From Camelus dromedarius (Eukaryota), in contig NC_087436.1 of assembly GCF_036321535.1 (NCBI RefSeq), positions 69,194,001-69,258,000 of the forward strand: DNA of 64,000 nt, in the 5' to 3' direction. Each line of letters begins with the position of its first letter. Within the stretch, counting starts at the first letter, position 1. Shown here in pieces: positions 1 through 11,456 of this stretch. Under the pieces are notes generated by a model, which saw nothing but the letters and a program-made list of their open reading frames with translations, did not search any database and was not told the DNA's origin. The position numbers were made by a program, and so were the translations under genes.

Positions 1-611
1 TGGGGAGTCACTGGTAATAAAAAGGAGCTGCTGTATTTCAGGGGCATTTAAAATACCCATAAGATGGGAAAAGAGAGATGTATGGAGAGAATTTAGAGGC
101 AAAGCGATAATCCAGGATGTTCTTGATAATTTTACTTAGAGAAATAATTACAACCAATATAAAGATTCTGTCCATAATAGATGTGACTCTTTAATAAAAA
201 GCCACCTGTTACACAGAGAACAAATTTACTGATACCTGGGGTAAAGGGGGGTGGAAAGGGATAAGTAAAGAATTGGAAATTTGCACCTCTTGGAGAGTGA
301 TCTAAATGTTGGCCATCTTGATTGTGTTGGAGGTTTTATTGGTGTATACCTCTATCAAAATTCATCAAATTGTACATCCGAAAAACATGTAGTTTACTGT
401 ACAGGAGTCGTACCATAATAAGGGTGTTAAAAAAAAGCCGACCTTTATATTTTATTTGTTTTCCCCTAGGACAGGAAAGAACAATGAAGATTCAGAGTGT
501 TCCTTTTGCATGCTTGAGTAATAAGTGCTGAGTAAGTTGGTTTCTTGTCCCAGTGCTCTCACTCCCTCAGCTGTTACTCTTGTTTCCAGCATTTGTTCTC
601 CCAGGTCTCAC

Positions 612-699
612 CAAGAAGGTCGTTCTGGGGGATCCACTTATACAGCCGAGTATTGGGTCCTAAGGTATCTGGTTTCTTGCCGTTGAATCTCCAAAGAAC
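612..699 (-). CDS. UGT2B: UGT2B gene A exon 4
   Basis: [29 protein letters not shown](G); acceptor CAG, donor GTGAG; 88 nt. Confidence 0.96.
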
Positions 700-3600
700 C
701 TGTTAGGGTGAAGTAGATAGCTTATTCATGAGTTGAACTTCAAAGTTATAGCACGTTAGAATTCTAAAGAGATGAAAAGACATCCAGTTAAATGCCTTCC
801 ATACGACAGGTCAGGAAATGAGGACAGCAGATCCTAAGTAGGGATGACTAGTAATGCACTGACATCAATAGGAATACCCACATTCTGTGTACTTATTTTT
901 ATGTTCAATCAGGTATGGAATGAATCATGACATTTCACACATGATGTTATTGACAAACTTCTCAATGACAAATTCAAGTATTTGGGAAATTGTTAGGTAT
1001 TCTTGATTCTAGTGAATTAAAACAGTGGCAAATTAGTAATAATCTTCACATTTGTTTTGATTTATTTTATATACTAGCACTCATTTTCAATTTTGGTATC
1101 CACTGGTTTATTTCTTTTTCACTCATAAAATGGAGTTTACTTGTATCCAGTCATTAATATAACTTTTTTTTATCAGTTTTATATCTTTTGATTTAGTAAA
1201 AGGAAAATGCCTACAGTTAGTCACTTAAGAGAAATATTTCTGCTTATTTATAATTTATTAATGATAAGATAATTAATGCTGCTTAGGAGGTACAACTTCT
1301 TTTAGATTACAAATTGTTAAGCGCCTCTTCCAAAAAAAAAGACAATTATTGTTTTTTGATGTAAATCCAGATTATTGCCACTATTAGTAGCTCTGAAAAT
1401 TTTTAAGTTTAGAAAAGAGGAGCATGTTGGTAATTTACAAGTAACAATAAGGCTGTTGAAAAAGCTCCAAAATAGGGATACTAAAATTTATTCAACTGAC
1501 CCCGAACACTTCAACAGTGAAGCACAATGCATTGACAGCAGTGGTTAATGTGGTTTTTATACTCAATACCAAAATAAGATACCTATTTTGGACTTCCTAG
1601 CAATTCTCATAAGCTGGATTATAATTTAACTGGTGTTTCATTTCTGTTTGCTATGTGAATGAAATGACTAAGTTCTCAACAAAAAATTAGCATAGGTGTT
1701 TGTGAGAAGACCACAATATCGGATAGTAAAAAGTAGTTCGTAAATAACAAAAGATCCCAGGTGTATTTTATTTACTAGAGAATAAGTTACTATATAATAT
1801 GGAGAAGGAGGCAGCAGAATCTTTTCCATGCCAGTCTTCCTTATGTTTGACTCTTGCCCTTCTCCCTCCTCAGTCAGGAAGAGTAACCTGATAGGCTGGA
1901 AGCAGAGTTCATTAAGGTCCACACTTTATAATGCATAGGATCCACCTTAAGGGCAGGACCCCATCTCCATCCTTTCTCTTTCATCTTCCTGCTTTAGGCT
2001 TTGGCAGGGCTCAGTCACCCAGGGCAGGCTGATGTTTGTCTTTGTCTAAATCATGGTGGCTGGATGGGTGTCTGGAGGCAGCTTGGGGAGCCCTGACCAA
2101 CCTTTCTCTGAATAGCACCCTGAAAAGCACACTGAATGGGTCTGTTGCAAAATTTAGAGGAAGTGATGGGGCCCAGGATTACCTGGCAAGCACAAACTGC
2201 ATGGCATATTTCTGACTTTGATCACTGCTGTTCAACATTACTGTGCTAGTACAATTTCTGTTAAAATTTAACTCCTGAGAACTTCTGTATGTGTACTATG
2301 TCCTCAGGAATCCTTCAGAGATAAAGGAGCAATGACAAGGCAGAATTTGGTGATTTTTCTACCTGCCCACATACCATTATAATACCAGATTTCACACTGC
2401 ATCTCTTAAATACATTTATTTGATTACAATGAGAATCCAAAAGTCATTGTCAAAGATACTCTCTGTATTATTGTAGGACCTGCTGTGTATATTTTGATTT
2501 TTAAATACTTGAGATACATTGGAGCTATCATAATAATTTACCTTTCTTGCAGAATATGTAATCATACTTTTTACAGAATTTAATAGTCTCATTGTATGGT
2601 TGTCCACTATTATGCTGCTTTATCTACCTTTTGTGGAATCTGGGCAAGGGCTGATGCAATCATATTGGCTCTTTCTTCTGTTATGTTAGTGACAATTGAC
2701 CCCAAAGTAAACACCACAATACCATCTTCTCCTGAGCTCTGGACAAACTCTTCCATTTCCTGTCAAAAAAGAATTTTCTCCATTACAAAAGAGCAACAGT
2801 GTAGCAAACATTATTGAAAGATTAATACAAACAGCTGAAGAGAAAAAATCTGTTATAGTCAGGAATTATTACGGTAGTAGCTTTTTGAAAAAAAAAAAAA
2901 GGTAAAATATACACAAGATGCAGTTTACCATCTTAGTCATTCCTAAGTCTATAGTTCAGAAATGTTAAGTATATTCGCATTGCGGAACCAATCTGCAGAA
3001 CTTTTTCATCTGGCAAAACTGGAAGTCTGTGCCCATTAAAAACTCCATTTTCCTCTTTGATCCCAGCCCCTGGGAATCATCATTCTACTCTGTGTTTCTA
3101 CAAATTTGATTAGTCTAGATACCTCATATACATTGAGTTGTATAGTACTTGTCTTTTTGTGACTGGCTTATGCCCTTCTCCTGAAGTTCATCCATGTTGT
3201 GTCATGTGTCAGAATCTCCTTTTAATGACTAAGTAATAACCCAGTGTTTGTGTATTCCATATTTTGTTGTTTGTGTTTTCTGTTCATGTACACCTGAGTT
3301 GCTTCAGTTTCTCGTCTCTTGTGAATAGTGCTTTCAAGATTATGGTGAACAAATAGCTATTTGGGATTCTAGGTTCAATTCTTTTGGATACACAGCCAGA
3401 AGAGAAATAGCTGGACCGTATGGTAACTCTATTTTATATTTTTTGAGGAAATTCCTCAAAAGTTTTAAATAATGGCTTTTTAAAAATGGACCTCAGGGTT
3501 GAAGGAGATGTGTGATTTGAGGTCAGTGTCTTCTATTACATGTACTTGTGCAAATGTGTGTGGGTGTGTGTATAAGCAAAAATGAGATAGAGGCAGTACA

Positions 3601-6600
3601 CAGTAGTGAGGAGGACACACTGGTAAACAGTGTTAGACTCTTCATCAGTCATGTTATTAATTACTAACATAGATCCTAGGAAGGAGGTCACACAGCAGGA
3701 TCTTAACTCACCTTTAATTCTTTCTTATTATAGTTCTCCTAAATCATTTGTTTATTCCAGGTACTTTTTAGAGAATTATTTTAGATTAGTCATTAGTATT
3801 TCATTTCCCTGACTATGATCACTAAGAAAAAGTTAGGATTTGAATGACTTTATCCTTCTCACAGATCTATAATCCTCAAACCTTAACTTAAAGTTACTCA
3901 AAAGTTCCCCAAATCTGTCTCTAAATTACTAGTCACTGACATTGAGGAGTCTGGTATTATAGTTTAGAATTTCTGTGAAACAGCCCTGTGTGTCCTATTA
4001 ATAACCAAGAGATGTACTTGTGTAGTTGCATTTCTGAGTGACCATACTGCTGGGTTTGTTTCCATTGGACACACTCTGCCCTGAAATCATGTTGTATATT
4101 TGTTGTCACAGTAGGATGTGCTATGTGTAAGTGGCTGTGAGGGACCCTCATCCTCACCTCACTAAGTCCCTGGGGGAGCACCTGCCCCACAGTGGGAGAG
4201 GTACACCAGGCTTTCTGTAGCAGAGATCTGATCACCTATGAGTAGTTCATGTCAAACTAAATGAGGCTCCTGGTGAAGCTGTATTTGATTGGAATTCTTT
4301 CAGAATTATTTTGTCTTGTAGTCCTTGAACCTAATTTAAAAAATTTTACTTTCTGCACTAGAATAATTCCACATTGTTCAATATTCTGTATAACAAAAAA
4401 AATGCAGAGGAGCAAAATTTTCCTGATTATCTGATGAAACCATATACTCCTCTTTTTGAAATGCCTTTCTTCTTTTTTACATTCATTATTCTTTTCTCTC
4501 TGGAAAATTCTGACCCCATCCTTCCATTTAAAATGTATAGTTTATGATCATGATTAATGTCATAAAACATTTTTTATAGAAGTATAGTCAGTTTACAATG
4601 CTGTGTTAATTTCTGGTGTACAGCGTTGGTATTAATTTATATATATATGTAATATATATACACACATATATACACACACACATTCCTTTTTATATTCTTT
4701 TTCATTATAGATTATTATCAGATATTGACTATAGTTCCCTGTGCTAAAGAATAGAAGCCTATTTTAAAGTTGTTTTCAAAACTGTTTTTAATAGGAACAA
4801 GAAAATAGGCAATTTCTTACAAACTTTAACCTTGTAGACTATACCGTGTAGATCATTCTTCAAAAGTATAATTTCATCCTGATGATCAGTTTTGCTATTA
4901 ATGTCTCTGAACTTCCCTATGACTCTCATGGTGCATCTAGGTAATGTGTGTATTTCCAGTGACTTGTCCCAGCATTTAAGGTTACCTGTGTTCTTTGTTT
5001 TTCCCTCATTGGTTTGCTCCCCAAAGCTGCCTCATCTCTCCTGTAGAAGATGCATCCCTATCATATTATTGTAATACATCCTCTATTTAAAAGTTAATCA
5101 CTGTTGTGGACTGGTTATTCTCATTGTCTGACATCTGTATGAAAATAATATAAGGTCATGACATTAAAGTATTAAAAATACGAAAAATTATTAAATTAAA
5201 ATAAGATATATTCTACCCTCTGTCTAGGGATATCCTTAGTTTAAAATTTATAAATATTTTTAAATGATGAAATATGTTAGAGGTATAACATTATTTCAGT
5301 TGTATAACTTACTGATTTGATACACTTAACAGATTGTAATAGGATTACCATCTTGGTGGTAGGTTGCACCTCTGTCATGTCAGATGATTATCATTTTTCT
5401 TTTGCGGTTGGAAAAAATAAGGTCTAGTCTCTTATCAAGTTTGATGATTAGAATATATTGTTATCTATACTCACTATCCTTTACCTTAAATCTCTAGGGC
5501 TAATTTACTATGAGATGCAAGTTCATACCCTTAAATAACATCTCTCCTTTTCTCCCACCCTCTAGCCCTTGGTAATCACCATACTGCTTTCAGTTTATAT
5601 GATTGACTTTTTTAGATTTCACACAGAAGAAGTATAATACAGAATTTTTCTTTCTCTGCATGTTCAAAAAGAGAAACTGATGACAACCTTTAGCTAGACT
5701 AAGGAAGGAAGAAAACTCAAATAGATGAAATTCGAAATGAAAGAGAAGACATTACAATTGAGACTCCAGAAATTCACTGGATCATGAGAGATTTCTATAA
5801 AGAATTCTATGGCAAGAAAATACATAACCAAGAAGAATGGCTACATTTGTAGAAACAAGAAATCAATAAAGACTGAATCAGAAAGAATTACAAAATCTGA
5901 ACAGTCAAAATGAGTTAAGATATTGAATCAGTAATTACAAAACTCTGAACACAGAAAACCCCAGCACCAGATCTCTTCACTGATAAATTCTATCAAATAT
6001 TTAAGGAATACTTAATGCCAGTCCTTGAAAAACTTTTCCAGAAAAAAATTACAGGTGGGAGAGAACACTTCAAAATTGATTCTTCAAAGCCAGTATATGG
6101 AGATACCAAGTAGATAAGGACATTGCAAGTAAAGGAAGGTATACGCCAATATCGAGAATGAATATAGATTAAAAAATTCTCAGCACAATGTCTGCTAGCT
6201 AAATTCTAGAACACATTAATAGTAATATATACCATGACCCAGTGTAATTTACCTGTAAGATGCAAGGAAATTTCAACATGCTGAAATCAATAAATGAAAT
6301 ACATTGCATTAACAGAATGAAAGATAAAATAAGTTGATCATCTCAATAGCTGTAGGAAGAGAATTTGACAAGATACAAAATCCCTTTAAGATAAAAAACC
6401 TGACCATGTTGGGTATATAGAAGGAATATTTTTCAACAAAATAAAGGCCACATATGACAAACCCAAATCTAACATTGTAGTGAATAGTGAAAATTTGAAA
6501 TATTTTTCTCTAGGATCAGGAAAAGGCAAGGGTTCCCACTCTCACACTTCCAGTCGACGTAGTACTAAAAGTCCCAGCTTAGAGCATCCAGGTAAGATAA

Positions 6601-9600
6601 AGAAATTAAAGACATCCAAATGAGAAAGGAAGAAGTAAAATTTTCATTTTTTTGCAGATGATACGATTTTTTTGTATGGAAAATCCCAAAGAGTCAACCA
6701 AAAGCTTTAACTAATGAACAAATTCTGTAAAGTTGCAGGATATAACATAAATTCAACATACAGAAGTCAGTTGCTTTTCTCTCTATTAATAACGAAATAT
6801 ATGAAAAATTATTTCATTCAACATAGCATGAAAAACAATAAAATAACTGGAAATAATTTTAGCCAATGAAGTGAAAAATCTATACAGTAATAATTACAAG
6901 ACTTTGTTGAAAGATGTGAAGAAAACACACACAAAAAGAAAGTCATCCAGTGTTCATGGATCAGAAGAATTAATATTGCTACACTATCCACACTACCCAA
7001 AGCCAAAGGCCTCACACCTACCAATTCCAAAGTATTACTACAAAGTTGTAGTATTTAACAGTGTGGTACTGCCCTAAAAATAGAGAAATAGATCGACAAA
7101 TGAAACAGAATACAGAGTCCCGAATTAAATGCCTGCATATATAGTCAACTAATATTCAACAAGGGAGGGAACACCACCCACTGGGGAAATGGTAGTCTCT
7201 TCTTTTCTTCTAAGAAAACTGGATAAGCACATGGAAAAAAAATGATGAGACCCCTATTTTAGACCTCTCAAAAAATTAAATCGGAATGGATCAAAGACAA
7301 GATCAGGTATCATAATGTTCCTCAGTAATTTTCTGAGAACCTCATAATTAATGGAAAAGTTAGTAGTTTGAAGGAATAATTAACAGAAAAGTTAGTAGTT
7401 TGAAAGTTAGTAGTTTGCAGACATTCTCTTGCATTCATCTCTTGTTTTGCAACTTAATAACAACAGCTACTATTACTAATATCATTATATTACTATTCAT
7501 CTTTCTATTTGTCCTTCTTTCTCTGGTCCTTTCTCTCCTACTAACACTGACTTGCTTGAAAGGAGAATGGGGATATCTTTGAAAAATGGAGTTAGATATA
7601 ATTTTCACTGATTTTATTTCAGCCTTTGGACGCTGTGACAGTTTACCACTGAATACCAAAACAATTTGTAAACAAATGAGATATTGTGTTTGACAGTTGA
7701 AAAAGATATGTTTCATTTTTCCACTAATAAGGAGTAATCAAAAAGGATCTCCTAAGAGATCACAAAATAGTTTGCTAAAGATTGCTTGCTTCCTATTTAT
7801 ATCTTGAATCAATTTAAAACAGCATGTCAATTTAAAACAGATTAGCTTCTTGCTTTCCTTCATAAGGAATAGTATCTTATAAACTGAAGAGAATTTTTGT
7901 AATTTGAAACTATGGGTAGTTTTTGTATTTAAGTGGTAGAAATTATTTGGTCGTTACTGTTAGTGTGCAGAATTAATGTGCTTATATACGCAGTGTACAT
8001 TTTCTGTCTGCTCATTCTGTCAGCAGCTACAATGTTGAGACCCGTGTTCCTTAAGGGAGCTGTACTGAGGTTTTCTGTATGCTTAGTTTAGGCAGAAAAC
8101 ACCTGTTCTAATAGACTAATTTATATCTTTCATGCTGTAAGATGTAAAACTCCAGGATTTTAGATGAGGAATGGTTTAAACGCTGTTGTGGAAGCAAGGA
8201 AGTGTTGGATTTGGTGCAGAAGTTGTTGGGGCATTCATTTGTATTTTTGAGGAAGGGTCCCTGGTGAAGAGCCTCAACCCTTATAAAAAGTTTTTAGCTT
8301 GTAATCTTGCTCATCTGATTGCCCAAAACATGAAAAAATTCTCAACATTTAAGATTTTTAACTTAAGTGTATTAAATTATATTTTATTTAAATTCAGTTT
8401 TTAATAAATTTAGTATATGCTGTTATTAAATTTTTTGATTAAAAATCTTTTAAAATTTGCTTTTCAAGCACTCCATGTGCTATCTTCTCTCTAGGACTTT
8501 GCTAGAGCATATAGGTGTATTGGAAAATCAGTTCCTACTCAATTACAATTTAGATCCAGGTGGCTGGCACATGTTGGATTATTGATAGTGTAATAGTAAC
8601 AAAATAACAATAAAGACAATAGTTAATGTTTATTCTGGATCAGTATGTGCCAGACATTTTGGATGTTTCATGTGTACTAACAACTTTTTTCCCAACTACA
8701 ACTGTATGAGATTCGTACTGTTATTATGAGTCAGTATGGTCATGTCTGTATGAATATTGTAGTCTAGTTTTCCATCATTGTTGCCTGTATCTCTCAGCAA
8801 ACCTGTGAAATGGTCTCCCTTTCTACTCTTACCCCTTCATAACCCAACCCAGTGACTACATCCTGTGTTTTTCTTTAAATGTGATTGTACCTCTCCCTTT
8901 CTTAACACTCTTAATTTTTTCCCGAATGCCCCTATTAGATGCTTCACACTCCTTAGAATGTCTGTCTCCAGCTTAATTCTCCAGCACCATCTGTCTCTTT
9001 ACTCAGCCTCTTCCTGTTCAGACTAAACTTGGACTTCTTGGGAACTGTCACTAACTACTCTCCCTGGCTGTCTTTTGTATCTTCCTCCACCCCTGACCTA
9101 CCCCGTCTGCTTATTCCTGCACATGTTCAGATCTGACCTTAATTATCAAAGAATCAGAGATACTTTCTATGAATTCTGTGAATGTTTCCTTAGCATTGTG
9201 GTCTTCCCTTATTATAACACTCTTTACACAATGTTTACGACTTGCCTGTATTCTGTCTTTCCAGTAGACTGTCAGGTGGCAGAAACTGTGTTTATATCAT
9301 TCCTCTGCATATGAGCACTCACTTCTGGTATAGGCGAGTCCCTTTATAATTATTTTTATGACTGATGCTTTATTATGTGTTGAATAATGAAGGCTGTAAT
9401 TTAAAATAGTATAAGTCCTCCAGGTGTCCCAATTTATGCTGTAATGGTAATGAATTTCACATACTTGTGCTAGTATAGAAATAAGAGTTTCTAATTGACA
9501 AGTCACTTCATCCGGCTTCCCAATTTCTCTGTTGTATAAACCATTGTAAATAAAGACTGCATAAGTATTCCCCTGAAAATGCAAAGTAAGGAAAACAAAA

Positions 9601-11078
9601 TAAATAGGAACATGTTACCATAGGCAAAGGTTTAGCAGGTCTGCAGTGGAGGCCTCCTACAAATTCAAAATTTGGTAGCAATGGGTGAGGGAATTCAAAA
9701 TCCCAAAAGGTTCGAATGAGCCACATGTCAGCTTTCCCAATTGTCTCAAATAATGTAGTGGGTCTTCCTGAAAGGAAAAAACAAAGACAAAAAGAACAAA
9801 TGTTCGATCAAATGAGAATATTGCCATGTGTATATATTAAGCAATATTTGAAATGGAGCTTGGAATGATGTAGTCAAAGATGTCTGAAAGTGGCTGTTCT
9901 TTGATAAAGCAAATATATTTCTTTGTGACTCTACTATACTATACTATAATGTGGAAACTGAGCTACACAAGTAGAAACAATTTCTAAATGCCACCTAGTT
10001 ACCTATGCTACAAATATGGGCATAGCTCTTAAGTCTACATTTTTTTAAGAAGACATTTTAGTCACCTTTTTAAAGTTAAAAAAAGTTTAGTAAGATGGAT
10101 ACTTAGTTTCTTGGAGATGTCTTAGGTGCTTCAATTTATGGTTTATGACTCCTGGAGTGTCCTGCGCTAGTAATGGGCCTTACCCCATGAATTAATGTTT
10201 CCATAATTATTATGAAATTGATGAAACATTTTATACTTTCATTTTATCATTTCACTTATAAAACCCAAATTTCTGTGATGTTTTATTTATATGATTTCAT
10301 CTTCAAAGTCATTAGAAAAGTTAGGACTTTATGCCACCAACTGAAAACATGACTTACCTAGTACTTCACTGTAAAACTGATTCCACTTCTTCTCATTAAA
10401 TGTCTGGAACCAAAAGTCAAAGTAAAGTACGTACATCATATTTTTCACCCTCTCCATGAATGTCATTTGATCACCTAATTCTGACATGATAACCGGTACG
10501 TAGGATGGTGGGAGTGGAAGTTTTCCACCATACTTCTCCAGTAAAAAGCCCGGAGAGAAGCGGAGACTGTACACTAATGGGATTTGAAGTATCTCAGCCA
10601 GCAGCTCACCACAGGGCCCAATGGCATCTGCAAGAACGACGTCAAACCTTGATTCATGTAGTTTTGTCATAAGTTTCTTGTTCGAAACAAGATCTTTACA
10701 GCCTGTGATAAGAATATCAGAAAATTCCAAAAACGTACTTTGCACTGTTGAAAAGTAAGTCCAAAATGAATCTTTTGCAAAATTAATCCATTTTTCAAGC
10801 AAATGCTTGAAAATATACTTAAAATTATCTTTAGTTAAAAGTGTTGGAAAAATCTCAAATTTAATAGAAGATTGTGTATTGGGATTAATAAAAATGGAAG
10901 CTGAAGATATCAGGACAGTCACCTCATGACCCCTCGTGATAAGTTCATCCAGAATTGTATTCATATTAATCCAATGACTATATTCCACTGGCCACACGAG
11001 CACCTTCCCACAACTCCCAGAGCTAAAGTAGCAGTTCAGCTGCAGCAGCAGCAAAAGTGAGAGCCATTTCATGGACAT
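612..11078 (-). CDS. UGT2B: UDP-glucuronosyltransferase 2B family gene A, exons 1-4 only (exons 5-6 lie left of the window); join(complement 10358-11078, 9619-9767, 2628-2759, 612-699)
   Basis: Exon sizes 721/149/132/88, GT-AG junctions, open frame throughout; paralogous to gene B at an offset of about 39.2 kb. Confidence 0.95.
2628..2759 (-). CDS. UGT2B: UGT2B gene A exon 3
   Basis: [48 protein letters not shown] flanks; 132 nt. Confidence 0.96.
2895..3460 (-). mobile_element. Old L1 (L1MB-like) 3' end fragment; paralogue at about 42130-42700
   Basis: Typical L1M 3' UTR antisense text (tttaccatcttagtcattcctaagt, ttcatccatgttgt, ggaccgtatggtaactctatt). Confidence 0.7.
4568..4760 (-). mobile_element. 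Short L1 3' end fragment with (TA/CA)n; paralogue at about 43815-43990
   Basis: gaagtatagtcagtttacaatgctgtgttaatttctggtgtacagc matches the 3' end of the L1 near 14090. Confidence 0.75.
5260..7300. mobile_element. Old L1 with inverted structure: 3' end on minus (about 5260-5660) joined to an ORF2 fragment on plus (about 5665-7300); paralogue at about 44490-46520
   Basis: Antisense L1MA-type 3' UTR switches abruptly to sense, A-rich ORF2 (RT region) sequence. Confidence 0.75.
8600..9320. mobile_element. Degenerate MIR/L2 remnants in intron 2; paralogue at about 47815-48535
   Basis: tatgtgccagaca...caactgtatgag is MIR-like; gcctgtattctgtctttccagtagactgt is L2 3'-like. Confidence 0.45.
9619..9767 (-). 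CDS. UGT2B: UGT2B gene A exon 2
   Basis: Acceptor CAG|GA; (G)[49 protein letters not shown]; donor GTAAC; 149 nt. Confidence 0.96.
10358..11078 (-). CDS. UGT2B: UGT2B gene A exon 1 (signal peptide and aglycone-binding domain)
   Basis: ATG at 11078 (AAG ATG context); [36 protein letters not shown]...FYSEVLG; donor G|GTAAG; 721 nt. Confidence 0.96.
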
Positions 11079-11134
11079 CTTGTTCACATGCAAAACTTTT
11101 GAAAATTTCTCTATCCTTTTGCTATTGCTCATGC

Positions 11135-11212
11135 TTATATCCAAGGAGAAATCAATCAAGAAGTTAAAGTATAACTCCTACACTAAAGAAGTTAAATTAT
11201 AACTCCTACACC
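11135..11212 (-). promoter_or_regulatory. Gene A proximal promoter: TATAA-like box (11135-11139), TGATTGAT Pbx-type site (11151-11158), two HNF1-like sites (11163-11175, 11191-11203)
   Basis: Minus strand reads GTTATAATTTAAC ... GTTATACTTTAAC-TTCT-TGATTGAT ... GATATAAG. The layout resembles the HNF1 plus Pbx element described for human UGT2B proximal promoters. Confidence 0.7.
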
Positions 11213-11456
11213 TTAAGTAAACACATTTTATGAGTAGTCAGCAGCCATGGAAATCAAGTGAAAGGGCAAAATGTAGAAAAATCCACGATTGTACAGTTTG
11301 TTTTATATTGTGTTGTCAGTGTTAACACCCCTCTAAAAGTCGATGACTTTACAACCTGCAAATCAACTGTATTATGTAAGTAATAAGACTAATGTAAAGC
11401 AATAGGAAGTGAGGGGCTCTCGTGTCTGCAGGCTCCTTGACACAAAATTAGAGATA

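Noticed and set aside
7400..9314. ORFs perfectly conserved between the two copies, suggesting hidden genes
   Set aside because: Identity is at the DNA level across the whole tract in all frames, so it reflects conversion or collapse, not coding constraint.
11079..11159. N-terminal extension of gene A exon 1 ORF ([11 protein letters not shown]...) and MHVNK in gene B
   Set aside because: These begin at alternative start codons or run through promoter sequence. The signal peptide and family homology start at MSMKW.
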